From NCBI GenBank assembly GCA_015059195.1, contig SVAW01000001.1, positions 81,575 to 145,574 of the forward strand: a stretch of DNA of 64,000 nt, read 5' to 3'. Shown here piece after piece: positions 46,826 through 56,551 of the stretch. Origin of the DNA: Bacillota bacterium. GTDB taxonomy: Bacteria > Bacillota_I > Bacilli_A > RF39 > UBA660. The notes beneath the pieces are model-generated. The model was given only the letters and a program-made list of their open reading frames with translations. It was not told the origin of the DNA and did no database searches. Both the position numbers and the translations under genes were made by a program. Position 1 is the first letter of the stretch. Each line of letters starts with the position of its first letter.

Positions 46826-47383
46826 ATGATAAATGTTAATGATATAAAAAACGGAATGACTATTATATTTGAAGATAACCTATATATGATTTTAGAATTT
46901 TTACACGTAAAACCTGGAAAAGGAGCTGCTTTTGTTAAAACTAAACTTCGTAATTTAAGAACAGGTTCTATTGTGGAAAAAACATTTAATTCTAGTATTA
47001 AATTAGAAAAAGCTATGATTTCTAAAACAAACATGCAATATTTATATGGTTCCGGAGATGTTTATAATTTTATGAACATGGAAACATATGAACAAATAGA
47101 ACTTACAAGAGACCAAATTGGTGAAGATGCTAAGTTTTTAAAAGATGGAATAAATGTAGATATTACTTTCTATGAAGGCGAAATGTTAGGAATTTCTCTT
47201 CCTGACAAAATAGAATATACCATTACGCATACAGAACCAGCTGTTAAAGGAAACACTACTAATAACGCATTAAAAGACGCTGAGTTAGAAAATGGATTAA
47301 TGATTAGAGTTCCTTTATTTATCCAAGAAGGAGAGCACGTTCTAGTAACTACAAGTGATGGTAAATATGATTCAAGAGCATAA
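46826..47383 (+). CDS. efp: Elongation factor P
   Basis: HVKPGKGAAFVKTKLRNLRTGS motif. Confidence 0.9.
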   Translation: MINVNDIKNGMTIIFEDNLYMILEFLHVKPGKGAAFVKTKLRNLRTGSIVEKTFNSSIKLEKAMISKTNMQYLYGSGDVYNFMNMETYEQIELTRDQIGEDAKFLKDGINVDITFYEGEMLGISLPDKIEYTITHTEPAVKGNTTNNALKDAELENGLMIRVPLFIQEGEHVLVTTSDGKYDSRA

Positions 47384-47429
47384 TTAACTTTATGCTTTTT
47401 TGTTATAATTATGGCACAAAAAAAAGCAA

Positions 47430-47600
47430 TTAACTTGCTTTTTTTAATGTTTTTAATTCTTTAGCAGTCATGCGAATAGTTTCACCATTATCTAAAGTAA
47501 CTTTTTGTAGATTTGGTTTTTGTGCATGTCTAGTAGCACGACAAGAGTGTGATCTTCTATTTCCAAATAAAGGTTTAGTTGCTGTAACTTTCTTAGCCAT
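47430..47600 (-). CDS. rpmB: 50S ribosomal protein L28; not in the ORF track
   Basis: Hand translation of the minus strand: MAKKVTATKPLFGNRRSHSCRATRHAQKPNLQKVTLDNGETIRMTAKELKTLKKAS. SD AAGGAGGA. Confidence 0.8.
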   Translation of the reverse strand: MAKKVTATKPLFGNRRSHSCRATRHAQKPNLQKVTLDNGETIRMTAKELKTLKKAS

Positions 47601-47741
47601 AATAATCCTCCTTTTATAATTAAACTTTTTTCCCTATGCCTTATAACTTTACCATAATATTCTTTTTAAGTCAAATAATTTTGGTAAAAATATTTAAAAA
47701 TAGTACAAAATATAGTAGAATAATGTTAGGGAGGTTAAAGT

Positions 47742-50663
47742 ATGAATTATGTTCCTTTATATGTAAAAACACACAATTCCTTATTGTCTAGCTTCATTAA
47801 AGAAAATGATTTAATTGAATATGCGAAGAAGAATGATTTAACCTCACTTACTATAACAGATAATAATATGTATGGTGTATTAGATTTTTATCATTTATGT
47901 CTAAAAAATAATATTAAGCCAATTGTTGGTTTAGAAGTTAATTATTTAGATAAAAAAATAGTTTTGTATTGTAAAAACTATGAAGGCTATCAAAATTTAA
48001 TATATTTAAGTACTAAAATGTCTGAAGGAAATATCACTTTAGATATAATTAAAGAAAAAAGCAGTAATTTAATATGCATTGTACCTTTTAATAGTAGAGA
48101 TTTGTATTATATCTTGTTAGATATTTATGTTGATATATTTCAGGGATACAGCACAATTGCAGAAAGAAAAGAGTTAGACGGGGATAATTTAATTTATCTA
48201 AGTGAGACATTATGCCTTGATGAGAAAGATTCTAAATATCTAAACTATTTAGAATGTATTAAAACTGGACGTCCAATAGATGAAATAAATTTTGATAAAA
48301 AAAACAGCTTTATGCATGAGGTAAAAACAATACTAATTGAATTTAAAGAGGATTTAAAAAATAATGAATATATTTTTAAAAATTGTAATTTAGAAATAAA
48401 AACCAATCAACAATTACTGCCTATTTATCAGTGCCCTAATAATTTAGATAGTTATTCATATTTGAAAAAACTATGTATAGGGGGCTTAAAGAAGATATTT
48501 GGTGAAAAAGTTAGCGTTATATATCAAGAAAGATTAAAGTACGAATTAGAAGTTATAAACAAAATGGGTTTCTGCAACTATTTTTTAGTAGTATGGGATT
48601 ATGTAAAATATGCGAAAGAACACGATATTTTAGTAGGACCAGGAAGAGGGAGTGCGGCAGGTTCATTAGTGTCTTACTTGTTAAATATTACTACAATAGA
48701 TCCGATTAAATATAAGTTATTATTTGAAAGATTTTTAAACCCTGAAAGAATAACTATGCCTGATATTGATATTGATTTTGAGTATACAAGAAGAGAAGAA
48801 GTAGTAAATTATTGTATAGAAAAATATGGGTTAAAAAAGGTTGCGCCAATTATAACCTTTGGAACACTAGGAGCAAAACAAGCTATTCGTGATGTAGGAA
48901 GAGCAATGAATATTAGTTTAAAGTCGGTAGATCATTTATGCAGTTTAGTTGATTCTAGGCTATCCTTAAAAGAAAATTATAATAAAAATAAGAAAATACA
49001 AGATTATTTAGAAATAAATCAAAACTTTAAACAGTTATTTAAAATTGCTAGTAAATTAGAGGGGTTAAAAAGACACACCAGTATCCATGCTGCTGGCATT
49101 GTTATGAGTAATATAGATTTAGATTTAGTGATACCATTGGATAAAAATCACGACAATTTTTATACCACAGCCTATTCTATGGATTATTTAGAAGAGTTAG
49201 GGCTTTTAAAAATGGATTTTTTGGCCCTTCGTAATCTTACATTAATAAAAGAGGTATTGGATGAAATACCTGATTTAACATTTGATTTAGTGCCTTCTAA
49301 TGATCCTAAGGCAATTAATATATTTACAACTGTGAATACTTCAGGAATTTTTCAATTTGAATCTAGTGGAATGATTAATTTTTTACGGAAATTTAAACCA
49401 AATTCTTTTGAAGATATAGTGGCTTCAATTGCGCTTTTTAGACCAGGACCTATGAATAATATTGATTCCTATATAAAAAGGAAAAAGGGACAAGAAAAAA
49501 TTGATTATATTGATGATAGTTTGGTAGATATTTTAAAACCTACTTATGGAATAATAGTTTATCAAGAACAAATTATGCAGATAGCCAATGTACTAGCTGG
49601 TTATTCATTTGGTGAAGCAGACGTTTTAAGACGTGCCATGAGTAAGAAAAAAGAAGATATATTGCTTGCTGAAAAAGAAAAATTTATAAAACGCAGTATT
49701 AATAAAGGATATAAAGAAGAAGTAGCAACTAAAGTTTATAATCTTATCTTAAAGTTTGCTTCATATGGATTTAATAGGGCCCATTCGGTCGCGTATTCGA
49801 TGATCTCTTATCGAATGGCTTATTTAAAAGCACACTATCCATACTTATTTATGAAAAATCTGCTTACTATGAATATTGGTAGTGAATTAAAAATAAAAGA
49901 ATATATTTATGAGTGTAAAATGAATAATATAAATATTTTACCCCCTAATATTAATTTAAGTAGTAATAGATTTGAGGTAGAAGGGGAAGCAATTAGATAT
50001 CCATTAACTGGTATTAAGAGTGTGGGTGTAAACTCAATTAACGCTATTTTAGAGGAACGCAAGAAAGGACAATTTAAAGATATATATGATTTCATCAAGA
50101 GGTGTTATGGAAAGAGCATTAACAAAAAAACAATTGAGAGTTTAATTTTTGCAGGTTGTTTTGATGATTTAGGATTTAATAGAAAAACACTTTTTGCTAA
50201 TTTAGATATGTTGATTAATTATGGGGAAATAGGAGATATTTTAGCAGAAGAAGAATCATTAAAACCGGTTTTACAAGAATGTCCTGAATTCTTAGAAAAA
50301 GAAATTCTTTTAAATGAATTATCCGTGTTTGGGTTTTATTTAAGCAGCCATCCAATTATTAACTATAAAAACAAATATCCGGAAACGGTATTTATATGTG
50401 ATTTGGGTAATTATTTTGATAAACATATAGATATAATTGTTTACGTGGATAAATTAAAAGAAATAAGCACAAAAAAAGATGATAAAATGTTATTTATTAC
50501 TGGTAGTGATGAGCTAAATACAGTGGATATTGTTTTGTTCCCAAGGGTGTATGAAAATATTTCAGATGTTAATATAGGGGATATAATTAAAATTAGTGGC
50601 AAAGTTGAAAAACGCTTTGATAAGCTGCAAATCATTGCGAGTGAGCTTAATAAGTTAGATTGA
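47742..50663 (+). CDS. dnaE: DNA polymerase III alpha subunit (DnaE type)
   Basis: N-terminal PHP domain, GPGRGSAAGSLV, MPDIDIDF and an OB fold at the C-terminus. Confidence 0.9.
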   Translation: MNYVPLYVKTHNSLLSSFIKENDLIEYAKKNDLTSLTITDNNMYGVLDFYHLCLKNNIKPIVGLEVNYLDKKIVLYCKNYEGYQNLIYLSTKMSEGNITLDIIKEKSSNLICIVPFNSRDLYYILLDIYVDIFQGYSTIAERKELDGDNLIYLSETLCLDEKDSKYLNYLECIKTGRPIDEINFDKKNSFMHEVKTILIEFKEDLKNNEYIFKNCNLEIKTNQQLLPIYQCPNNLDSYSYLKKLCIGGLKKIFGEKVSVIYQERLKYELEVINKMGFCNYFLVVWDYVKYAKEHDILVGPGRGSAAGSLVSYLLNITTIDPIKYKLLFERFLNPERITMPDIDIDFEYTRREEVVNYCIEKYGLKKVAPIITFGTLGAKQAIRDVGRAMNISLKSVDHLCSLVDSRLSLKENYNKNKKIQDYLEINQNFKQLFKIASKLEGLKRHTSIHAAGIVMSNIDLDLVIPLDKNHDNFYTTAYSMDYLEELGLLKMDFLALRNLTLIKEVLDEIPDLTFDLVPSNDPKAINIFTTVNTSGIFQFESSGMINFLRKFKPNSFEDIVASIALFRPGPMNNIDSYIKRKKGQEKIDYIDDSLVDILKPTYGIIVYQEQIMQIANVLAGYSFGEADVLRRAMSKKKEDILLAEKEKFIKRSINKGYKEEVATKVYNLILKFASYGFNRAHSVAYSMISYRMAYLKAHYPYLFMKNLLTMNIGSELKIKEYIYECKMNNINILPPNINLSSNRFEVEGEAIRYPLTGIKSVGVNSINAILEERKKGQFKDIYDFIKRCYGKSINKKTIESLIFAGCFDDLGFNRKTLFANLDMLINYGEIGDILAEEESLKPVLQECPEFLEKEILLNELSVFGFYLSSHPIINYKNKYPETVFICDLGNYFDKHIDIIVYVDKLKEISTKKDDKMLFITGSDELNTVDIVLFPRVYENISDVNIGDIIKISGKVEKRFDKLQIIASELNKLD

Positions 50664-50706
50664 CAAAATCCGTAATTTAACTTATACTGAAAAAGTAGGT
50701 GATTGT

Positions 50707-51108
50707 ATGAATAAAAGAGGATTTACACTTGTAGAGTTAGTGGCAATAATTACACTCCTTGCGGTAATATTAATGATAGTTGTTCCAACAGTCGGGACAT
50801 CCATTAAAAATGCTCGTGAAAACTCATATCTGAAGCAAATTGATTTGATAGAAAAGGCGGCTAAAAATTTTGGAGTAGAGAATGACCACCTTCTTCCTGA
50901 ATTTAATTCAAATCAAATTATAACGATAGATTTTAATACATTATATACTTCGGGTTATTTAAAAGATAAAGCACCTATGAATCCCAAAACAGAAGAGGGG
51001 TTAACTGGTTGTGTGAAAGTTTCATATAATTCTGATTATAACCAATATGAGTATAAATATATTGATAATTTAGTAGAGTGTGATAACTATAATATAAATA
51101 ACAAGTAG
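50707..51108 (+). CDS. Small type IV pilin/pseudopilin-like protein
   Basis: MNKRG|FTLVELVAIITLLAVILMIVVP. The C-terminus ...GCVKVSYNSDYNQYEYKY is shared with its neighbour. Confidence 0.8.
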   Translation: MNKRGFTLVELVAIITLLAVILMIVVPTVGTSIKNARENSYLKQIDLIEKAAKNFGVENDHLLPEFNSNQIITIDFNTLYTSGYLKDKAPMNPKTEEGLTGCVKVSYNSDYNQYEYKYIDNLVECDNYNINNK

Positions 51109-51116
51109 GTGATAAA

Positions 51117-51515
51117 ATGAAAAAAGGCTTTACACTAGTAGAACTGCTTGCGGTTTTGTCAATTTTGGGGATATTAGCGGTGATTATAATTCCATCCGTA
51201 GCTACTACTATAAAAAATTCAAGAGTTGCTGCCTATGATAAACAGCTTTATGTTTTAGCTACGGCCACAGAAAAATGGGGAACTCAGCACCTAAACGAAC
51301 TTCCTGAGACAACATCTAACAACATAGTTGCAGTTGATTTTGAAACACTATATCAAGCTGGGGAAATTGCTTCTTATCCTGTACAAAACCCAATTACTGG
51401 GAACGACTTAGAAGGCTGTATCTTAATTTCGTATAACTTGCAATATAAACAATATGAGTACAAATATTCTGATAATTTAGCAGTATGCGATGATAACCAT
51501 TATAATAATGATTGA
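51117..51515 (+). CDS. Small type IV pilin/pseudopilin-like protein (tandem paralogue)
   Basis: MKKG|FTLVELLAVLSILGILAVIIIP ... GCILISYNLQYKQYEYKY. Confidence 0.8.
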   Translation: MKKGFTLVELLAVLSILGILAVIIIPSVATTIKNSRVAAYDKQLYVLATATEKWGTQHLNELPETTSNNIVAVDFETLYQAGEIASYPVQNPITGNDLEGCILISYNLQYKQYEYKYSDNLAVCDDNHYNND

Positions 51516-51566
51516 CAAAATGAACAAGGCATAATAAAATTAAAATAGACAAGGGAGTAAGATAGT

Positions 51567-51623
51567 ATGGTTAGAGTAAGTACAAAATTTAATTCAACAA
51601 ACCACCTGGGGGGGGGTATTTAA
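51567..51623 (+). CDS. Cassette mini-ORF L3, 18 aa MVRVSTKFNSTNHLGGGI
   Basis: Same SD and start. G9 is read as CTG GGG GGG GGT. It ends at the alternative TAA (ATT TAA), a different frame from L1 and L2. Confidence 0.45.
   Translation: MVRVSTKFNSTNHLGGGI
51608..51616 (+). repeat. Homopolymeric G9 tract inside mini-ORF L3
   Basis: Direct count: cacct + 9 G + tattt. The flanks are otherwise almost identical to copy 2, which has G11. Confidence 0.9.
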
Positions 51624-51652
51624 GTAACCATACTATAACTAGAAAAATAAAT

Positions 51653-51709
51653 AAACACGAAAGAATTTTAGAAAATCCATCGTTCTAAAATTTGTTTTCG
51701 TGTTTTTTT
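51653..51709 (+). terminator. Intrinsic terminator inside leader cassette 3
   Basis: Same hairpin as 442-498, followed by a T-run. Confidence 0.8.
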
Positions 51710-51741
51710 GTGTACCTTGTTAAGAATAGGAGGAGAATTTT

Positions 51742-52650
51742 ATGAAAAAGAAAGGATTTACATTAATTGAGTTACTAGCGGTAATAGTAGTACTAGCAAT
51801 AATAGCGTTAATCGCAACACCAATAGTAATGAATGTAATTAGTAATGCTTCTAAGGGAGCAGCAGAAAGAAGTGCAGATAATTATATTAAAGCAGTAGAA
51901 ACATTAATCGCAACAAAAAGATTAGATGGAGAACCAGTAGAAGATGGTGTATACACAATAAGGGCAGATGGGAACCTTAAATTTGGTAATGTTGTGTTAA
52001 ATGGAACAAAACCAAGTGGAGGAAGTATTGAAATTAAAGATGGACAAGTAGTTAAAAATGAAAGTTCAATCCAGGTGGGCGACTACGTAGTAAGTTATAA
52101 AGATGGAAAAGCAGAAGCAAAAGGATTAGCGAAACTAGACGATGTATGTCAATTAACAGATGGAGAAAAAAATGAAGTAGGAGCAGAGTACAATTGTAAC
52201 CTAGGAGATGGAGATAGAACATTCTATGTATTAGAAGCAGGAACAAGTAGTAAACCAGTAACATTAATATTAGAAGAAAACTATGATGTGGAAACTCTAG
52301 CATGGTGCGATCCTGATGTAGAACATTCTGAAGAAGAGGGTTGTAATGCAGATGGATTAACAGAAAAATTTAATTCGATTAGAGGAGCATGGTCGAAATT
52401 GGATAAAAAACAAATAGCTTTACCAACTTATGAGCAAATTTATGCGGTTAATGATGATGAATCATTCAAAAACGTTGGTTGGTTATATGATAACTTGGAG
52501 GAATCATCAGCACCATACGGTTATTGGCTTTCTGATTCATTGAATTGGGATGAAACATGGTTTGTTGACTATACAGGAATTATGAATTTTGATTCAACAT
52601 CGATAGCTAATAGGTATGGTGTTCGCCCAGTAGTAATGCTTCATATTTAG
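51742..52650 (+). CDS. Type IV prepilin-like protein with DUF1566/FISUMP-like C-terminal module (paralogue P4)
   Basis: The N-terminal ~190 codons form a mosaic of P1-like and P2-like sequence. C-terminal motifs are IALPTYEQIY, GYWLSD and YGVRPV. Confidence 0.85.
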   Translation: MKKKGFTLIELLAVIVVLAIIALIATPIVMNVISNASKGAAERSADNYIKAVETLIATKRLDGEPVEDGVYTIRADGNLKFGNVVLNGTKPSGGSIEIKDGQVVKNESSIQVGDYVVSYKDGKAEAKGLAKLDDVCQLTDGEKNEVGAEYNCNLGDGDRTFYVLEAGTSSKPVTLILEENYDVETLAWCDPDVEHSEEEGCNADGLTEKFNSIRGAWSKLDKKQIALPTYEQIYAVNDDESFKNVGWLYDNLEESSAPYGYWLSDSLNWDETWFVDYTGIMNFDSTSIANRYGVRPVVMLHI

Positions 52651-52702
52651 TTTTGATTGCAATTTAAAATAGGAAAATAGAAAAAGAGGAGTATATCCTC
52701 TT

Positions 52703-52909
52703 TTAATTTAGACCCTTTTTTAATGTATTTAAAATATATTCTTGACTAGATGAATCACTATATTCCCAAAGTATTTCAAAAAATACCCCCATACCTGGTA
52801 ATGTTATCTCATCATGCTCTGTAATTGAAGATTCAATTGAAGCTTTAATTTCATCTGGTTCTGCATCTTTAAAATTATTTTTAATATGATTTCTAATATC
52901 AATGTTCAT
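52703..52909 (-). CDS. sspI: Small acid-soluble spore protein SspI-like
   Basis: MNIDIRNHI...LPGMGVFFEILW...LNTLKKGL parallels B. subtilis SspI. The internal ATG at 52909 is preferred over the track start at 52960. Confidence 0.65.
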   Translation of the reverse strand: MNIDIRNHIKNNFKDAEPDEIKASIESSITEHDEITLPGMGVFFEILWEYSDSSSQEYILNTLKKGLN

Positions 52910-53004
52910 AAAATCATCCTTTCTTTTGTTATAGTGAGAAAAAATAGAATAATTATTCAAAATTTATTGTAAAAAGCTGTATTTTAATATATACTTATAT
53001 TAGA

Positions 53005-53574
53005 ATGGAGAGGATAAATATGGATTGGATTTGGATAATTATAATTGTGACAATCGTTTTAATTACAGTTTGGGTAATAGGAAGTTATAACTCACTAGTT
53101 CAATTAAGAAATGCAGTAAAAGATCAATGGAGTCAAATTGATGTACATTTAAAACGTCGTGCAGACTTAATTCCTAATATTGTGGAAACTGTAAAAGGAT
53201 ATGCCGGACATGAAAAAGAAACACTAGAAGCGGTTATTAATGCCCGCAATAAAGCAGTAAGTGCTGGAACTAAAGAAGAAGAAATGAAAGCAAACGGAGA
53301 ATTAACCAATGCTTTAAGTCGTTTATTTGCTTTAACTGAAGCTTATCCTGAATTAAAAGCAAATACTAACTTTATGGATTTGCAATCCACATTGAAAGAA
53401 ACAGAAGATAAAATTGCGTTCGCAAGACAATTTTATAATGATACTGTTTTAAAGTATAAAAATAAATTAGAAATGTTTCCAACAAACTTAGTAGCTTCAT
53501 TATTTGGATTTAAACCAGAACTATTTTTTGAAGCAACAGCTGCAGAAAAAGAAGCTCCAAAAGTACAATTCTAG
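53005..53574 (+). CDS. lemA: LemA family protein
   Basis: YNSLVQLRN...WSQIDVHLKRRADLIPN motif. Confidence 0.85.
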   Translation: MERINMDWIWIIIIVTIVLITVWVIGSYNSLVQLRNAVKDQWSQIDVHLKRRADLIPNIVETVKGYAGHEKETLEAVINARNKAVSAGTKEEEMKANGELTNALSRLFALTEAYPELKANTNFMDLQSTLKETEDKIAFARQFYNDTVLKYKNKLEMFPTNLVASLFGFKPELFFEATAAEKEAPKVQF

Positions 53575-53607
53575 GCTTACTAAGGTAAGTCTTTTTTAGG
53601 AGGAATT

Positions 53608-55671
53608 ATGAAAAAAATATATATAATTATTACATTAGTTCTACTGATGATGTTTATTCCTGTAAAAATTAGTGCATATGAAGAGGGAATTAGTAAATAT
53701 TATATTGATATGACTATTTTGGATAATGGAGATTTGCATGTTAAAGAACTGATTATCTTAAATGGCGATTTTAATGGATTTCAAAGAATCATTAATTATA
53801 GTAACAATAGACTCCAAAAGTTTGATGGCAGCTTGAATTCGTTTCGTGGCAGCGATATTTATAATGGAACAGGAATTGAGTTAATAAGTATTAAAAATAT
53901 TAAAGCTGATAGTAATTCAGATTTTAATGTGTTATATAATAGTGGTGATATATTTGAAGAAGTTTCATCGGCTTCAAAGGGTGATTATGGAGTTTTTGTT
54001 AGGGATATTAATGCTAATGGTGAGGAATATTTAATTTATAATCCTGATAAGGGTAGCGAAAAAGGATTTTATTTAGAATATACACTAGAAAATGTTGGAG
54101 TAGTACATAATGATGTTTCTGAAGTTGCAGTAAATTTATTTGATGAACTTACAGAGTATGTAGATATCTTGGAAATGAAAATTCATGTCCCAAATAATGA
54201 AAATTTATTAAGAGGATGGGCGCATGGACCATTAACAGGAGAAATTACTCTTGTTAATAATAATTTAATAGAGGTCAGAGCAACTAAAATAGAACCTAAC
54301 AATCCAATAGATGTTAGATTTGCCTTTGATAAAGCGGTATTAAATAATTCTACTAAATTTAGTAACGTAGAAGCACTGGATAAGATTGTGGAAGTTGAAA
54401 CGGAGTTAGCTAATATAGCAAATTCCGAAAGAGAACAATATAAAAAGTATTTAGAAGCAGAAGCAAAAAGTTTGGTGGCTTATGCAAAAGAAAACCCAAC
54501 AAGGGAAAACTATGAAGCAGCACTAACAAGCGTTAACTATTTATCTAATGGAATAGTAAAAACTGATTTAGAAGATCAATTAAAAGACATTTTATTAATT
54601 GTAGAGACAAAGGAAAAATATGTTAAAATCTTATTTGTTTCTATTCTTGCAGTATGGTCTTTAGGGCTTATTTTAATTATCAGACATGTTTATAAAAGAT
54701 ACGATAAAGAATATGAAGCCCAATTTAAGGGTGATTATTATCGTGAAATACCCGCTAATTATGGCCCTGAAGTTTTAGGATACTTATTAAATAAAAAGGT
54801 TGGCTCGAATGAATTATCTGCGTCACTTATGAATCTAGTCTATAAGAAGGTTGTAATAGCAGAAAAGGTGCCGAATGTTAAAAAGGAAGACTATATTTTT
54901 AAACGACAAGAGTCTAGCATTAAAATAACAGCGCCAGAACAAAAAGCTTTGCAACTGCTATTTAATGATAGAACAGAAGTAAAATTAAGCGTATTTAAAA
55001 AGGAAGCTAAAACCTTATATACTAGCTTTTTAGATACTTATAATGACTGGGTGTTACAAGCTACAGCATTATCTGAGGCTGAGGAGTTTTATGAAGAAAA
55101 TAACAAAAAGTATGTTTGGATTCTATATTCTGTTTTGGGGTTTATATTAACGTTTATGCTATATCGTAATTATATAAATATGTTTATTTACATAATAATG
55201 TTCTGTTTAAGTTTAGGATCTTTGATTTATTTTGCAAGCATTACTAAACGAAGTAAAAAGGGTAATGAAGATTATGCCAAGTGGAAGGGACTACAAAGAT
55301 TTTTAAATGACTTTAGCACCATGGATACTAAGTCTTTGCCAGAAATTGTTTTATGGGAAAAATATTTAGTATATTCTATAACATTAGGGTGTGCTAAGAA
55401 ACTTGCTAAAGATATGCAAATAAAAGTTCAAGAAATGAATGTTTATGATTCAACAATGCTAGATATGTATGACATAGGTTATATGTTAAATTTGAATAGA
55501 GTGATTAACTCCACTATTATTAGTTCCGTACAAGCAGCCCAAGCTGAGCTTACAAGAGAAAAAATGTCTGAAATATCTAGTTCTTCTTCATCTTCAGGTG
55601 GTGGATTTGGGGGAGGTTTTTCATCAGGAGGAGGTTCCTTTGGTGGTGGAGGTGGTGGAGGCCGCTTCTAA
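53608..55671 (+). CDS. DUF2207-type membrane protein with Gly-rich C-terminus
   Basis: Signal peptide, a large exterior domain, TM helices and a GGGFGGGFSSGGGSFGGGGGGGRF tail. The pairing with lemA is conserved. Confidence 0.7.
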   Translation: MKKIYIIITLVLLMMFIPVKISAYEEGISKYYIDMTILDNGDLHVKELIILNGDFNGFQRIINYSNNRLQKFDGSLNSFRGSDIYNGTGIELISIKNIKADSNSDFNVLYNSGDIFEEVSSASKGDYGVFVRDINANGEEYLIYNPDKGSEKGFYLEYTLENVGVVHNDVSEVAVNLFDELTEYVDILEMKIHVPNNENLLRGWAHGPLTGEITLVNNNLIEVRATKIEPNNPIDVRFAFDKAVLNNSTKFSNVEALDKIVEVETELANIANSEREQYKKYLEAEAKSLVAYAKENPTRENYEAALTSVNYLSNGIVKTDLEDQLKDILLIVETKEKYVKILFVSILAVWSLGLILIIRHVYKRYDKEYEAQFKGDYYREIPANYGPEVLGYLLNKKVGSNELSASLMNLVYKKVVIAEKVPNVKKEDYIFKRQESSIKITAPEQKALQLLFNDRTEVKLSVFKKEAKTLYTSFLDTYNDWVLQATALSEAEEFYEENNKKYVWILYSVLGFILTFMLYRNYINMFIYIIMFCLSLGSLIYFASITKRSKKGNEDYAKWKGLQRFLNDFSTMDTKSLPEIVLWEKYLVYSITLGCAKKLAKDMQIKVQEMNVYDSTMLDMYDIGYMLNLNRVINSTIISSVQAAQAELTREKMSEISSSSSSSGGGFGGGFSSGGGSFGGGGGGGRF

Positions 55672-55737
55672 GCTAGAAAACATACAAATTTTAGTAATTT
55701 GTGATATAATATTTCTATATGCTAAAGAGGTGTAACT

Positions 55738-56139
55738 ATGAGAGAATCTATGTGGGGTGTATTTGTCATTACAGTAGGAGTGTTTTTAATAATACTTATA
55801 TATTTATTTCAAGGGATAACAAACACTGATGAACATAATTATTATTTATTAAAAGAAGTGACAGAAGCTTCAATGATTGATGCTTTAGATGTTGCGGATT
55901 ATAGAGTTACGGGTAATGTATCTATAAACCGTGAGAAGTTTGTTGAGGTTTTTGTAAGAAGATTTGCAGAAAGTGCGAATCTAGCTAATACTTATGTGAT
56001 AGAAATATATGATATTAATGAAACTCCTCCTAAGGTGAGTTTAATGGTAAAAGCAAAGACTCAAGGAAATGTAAGCAGTGAAACAATAGAGTTTGATATT
56101 TCAAATAGATTGGACGCTGTTTTAGAGTCTTTGAACTAA
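55738..56139 (+). CDS. Small membrane-anchored hypothetical protein
   Basis: N-terminal TM helix. No family recognised. Confidence 0.4.
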   Translation: MRESMWGVFVITVGVFLIILIYLFQGITNTDEHNYYLLKEVTEASMIDALDVADYRVTGNVSINREKFVEVFVRRFAESANLANTYVIEIYDINETPPKVSLMVKAKTQGNVSSETIEFDISNRLDAVLESLN

Positions 56140-56160
56140 AATATTATAATAAAAAAATAC

Positions 56161-56204
56161 CTAATTGAAATTGATTTTCAATTAGGTATTTTATATTGTT
56201 TTCA
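56161..56204. terminator. Bidirectional intrinsic terminator
   Basis: 15-bp perfect stem aatacctaattgaaa/tttcaattaggtatt, flanked by an A-run and a T-run, between convergent genes. Confidence 0.85.
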
Positions 56205-56207
56205 AAC

Positions 56208-56501
56208 CTACATTACTTGATAGTTTGAATTGTTATATTTGGAATTAGGACTCCCCACTAGTGATTCTAATGACATTATTCTTCTTTCTAAAGAGTTTAC
56301 TTGATTAGTTAAATTAGAAAGTTGTTGCTCGATGATGCCGGACATGTTATTCATGTCGGGCGTGTAATTAGGTGTTGTATTAAACATATTAGGCATCATG
56401 TTGTTCATAGGCATATTTTGAATAGGCATTACACCTGGATAAGCAGGATAAATAGGGTATGGCATACCACCACCACAATTGCGATCTTTTTTCATAAACA
56501 C
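56208..56501 (-). CDS. Small Met/Asn/Pro-rich protein with C-terminal coiled segment
   Basis: MPYPIYPAYPGVMPIQNMPMNNMMPNMFNTTPNYTPDMNNM then LSNLTNQVNSLERRIMSLESL. SD AAGGAGTG. Confidence 0.5.
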   Translation of the reverse strand: MFMKKDRNCGGGMPYPIYPAYPGVMPIQNMPMNNMMPNMFNTTPNYTPDMNNMSGIIEQQLSNLTNQVNSLERRIMSLESLVGSPNSKYNNSNYQVM

Positions 56502-56551
56502 ACTCCTTTAACATTTCTAATTAATTATATGAGTTATGTTTTGAATTGTGC

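Larger units (their letters stand above)
51512..51741 (+). promoter_or_regulatory. Pilin leader cassette copy 3
   Basis: TTGACA 51512-51517 overlaps the TGA stop of the upstream pilin. 17-nt spacer, TAAAAT 51535-51540. ATG 51567. Hairpin arms 51562-51573 and 51625-51636. Terminator 51653-51709. Pilin ATG 51742. Confidence 0.7.
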
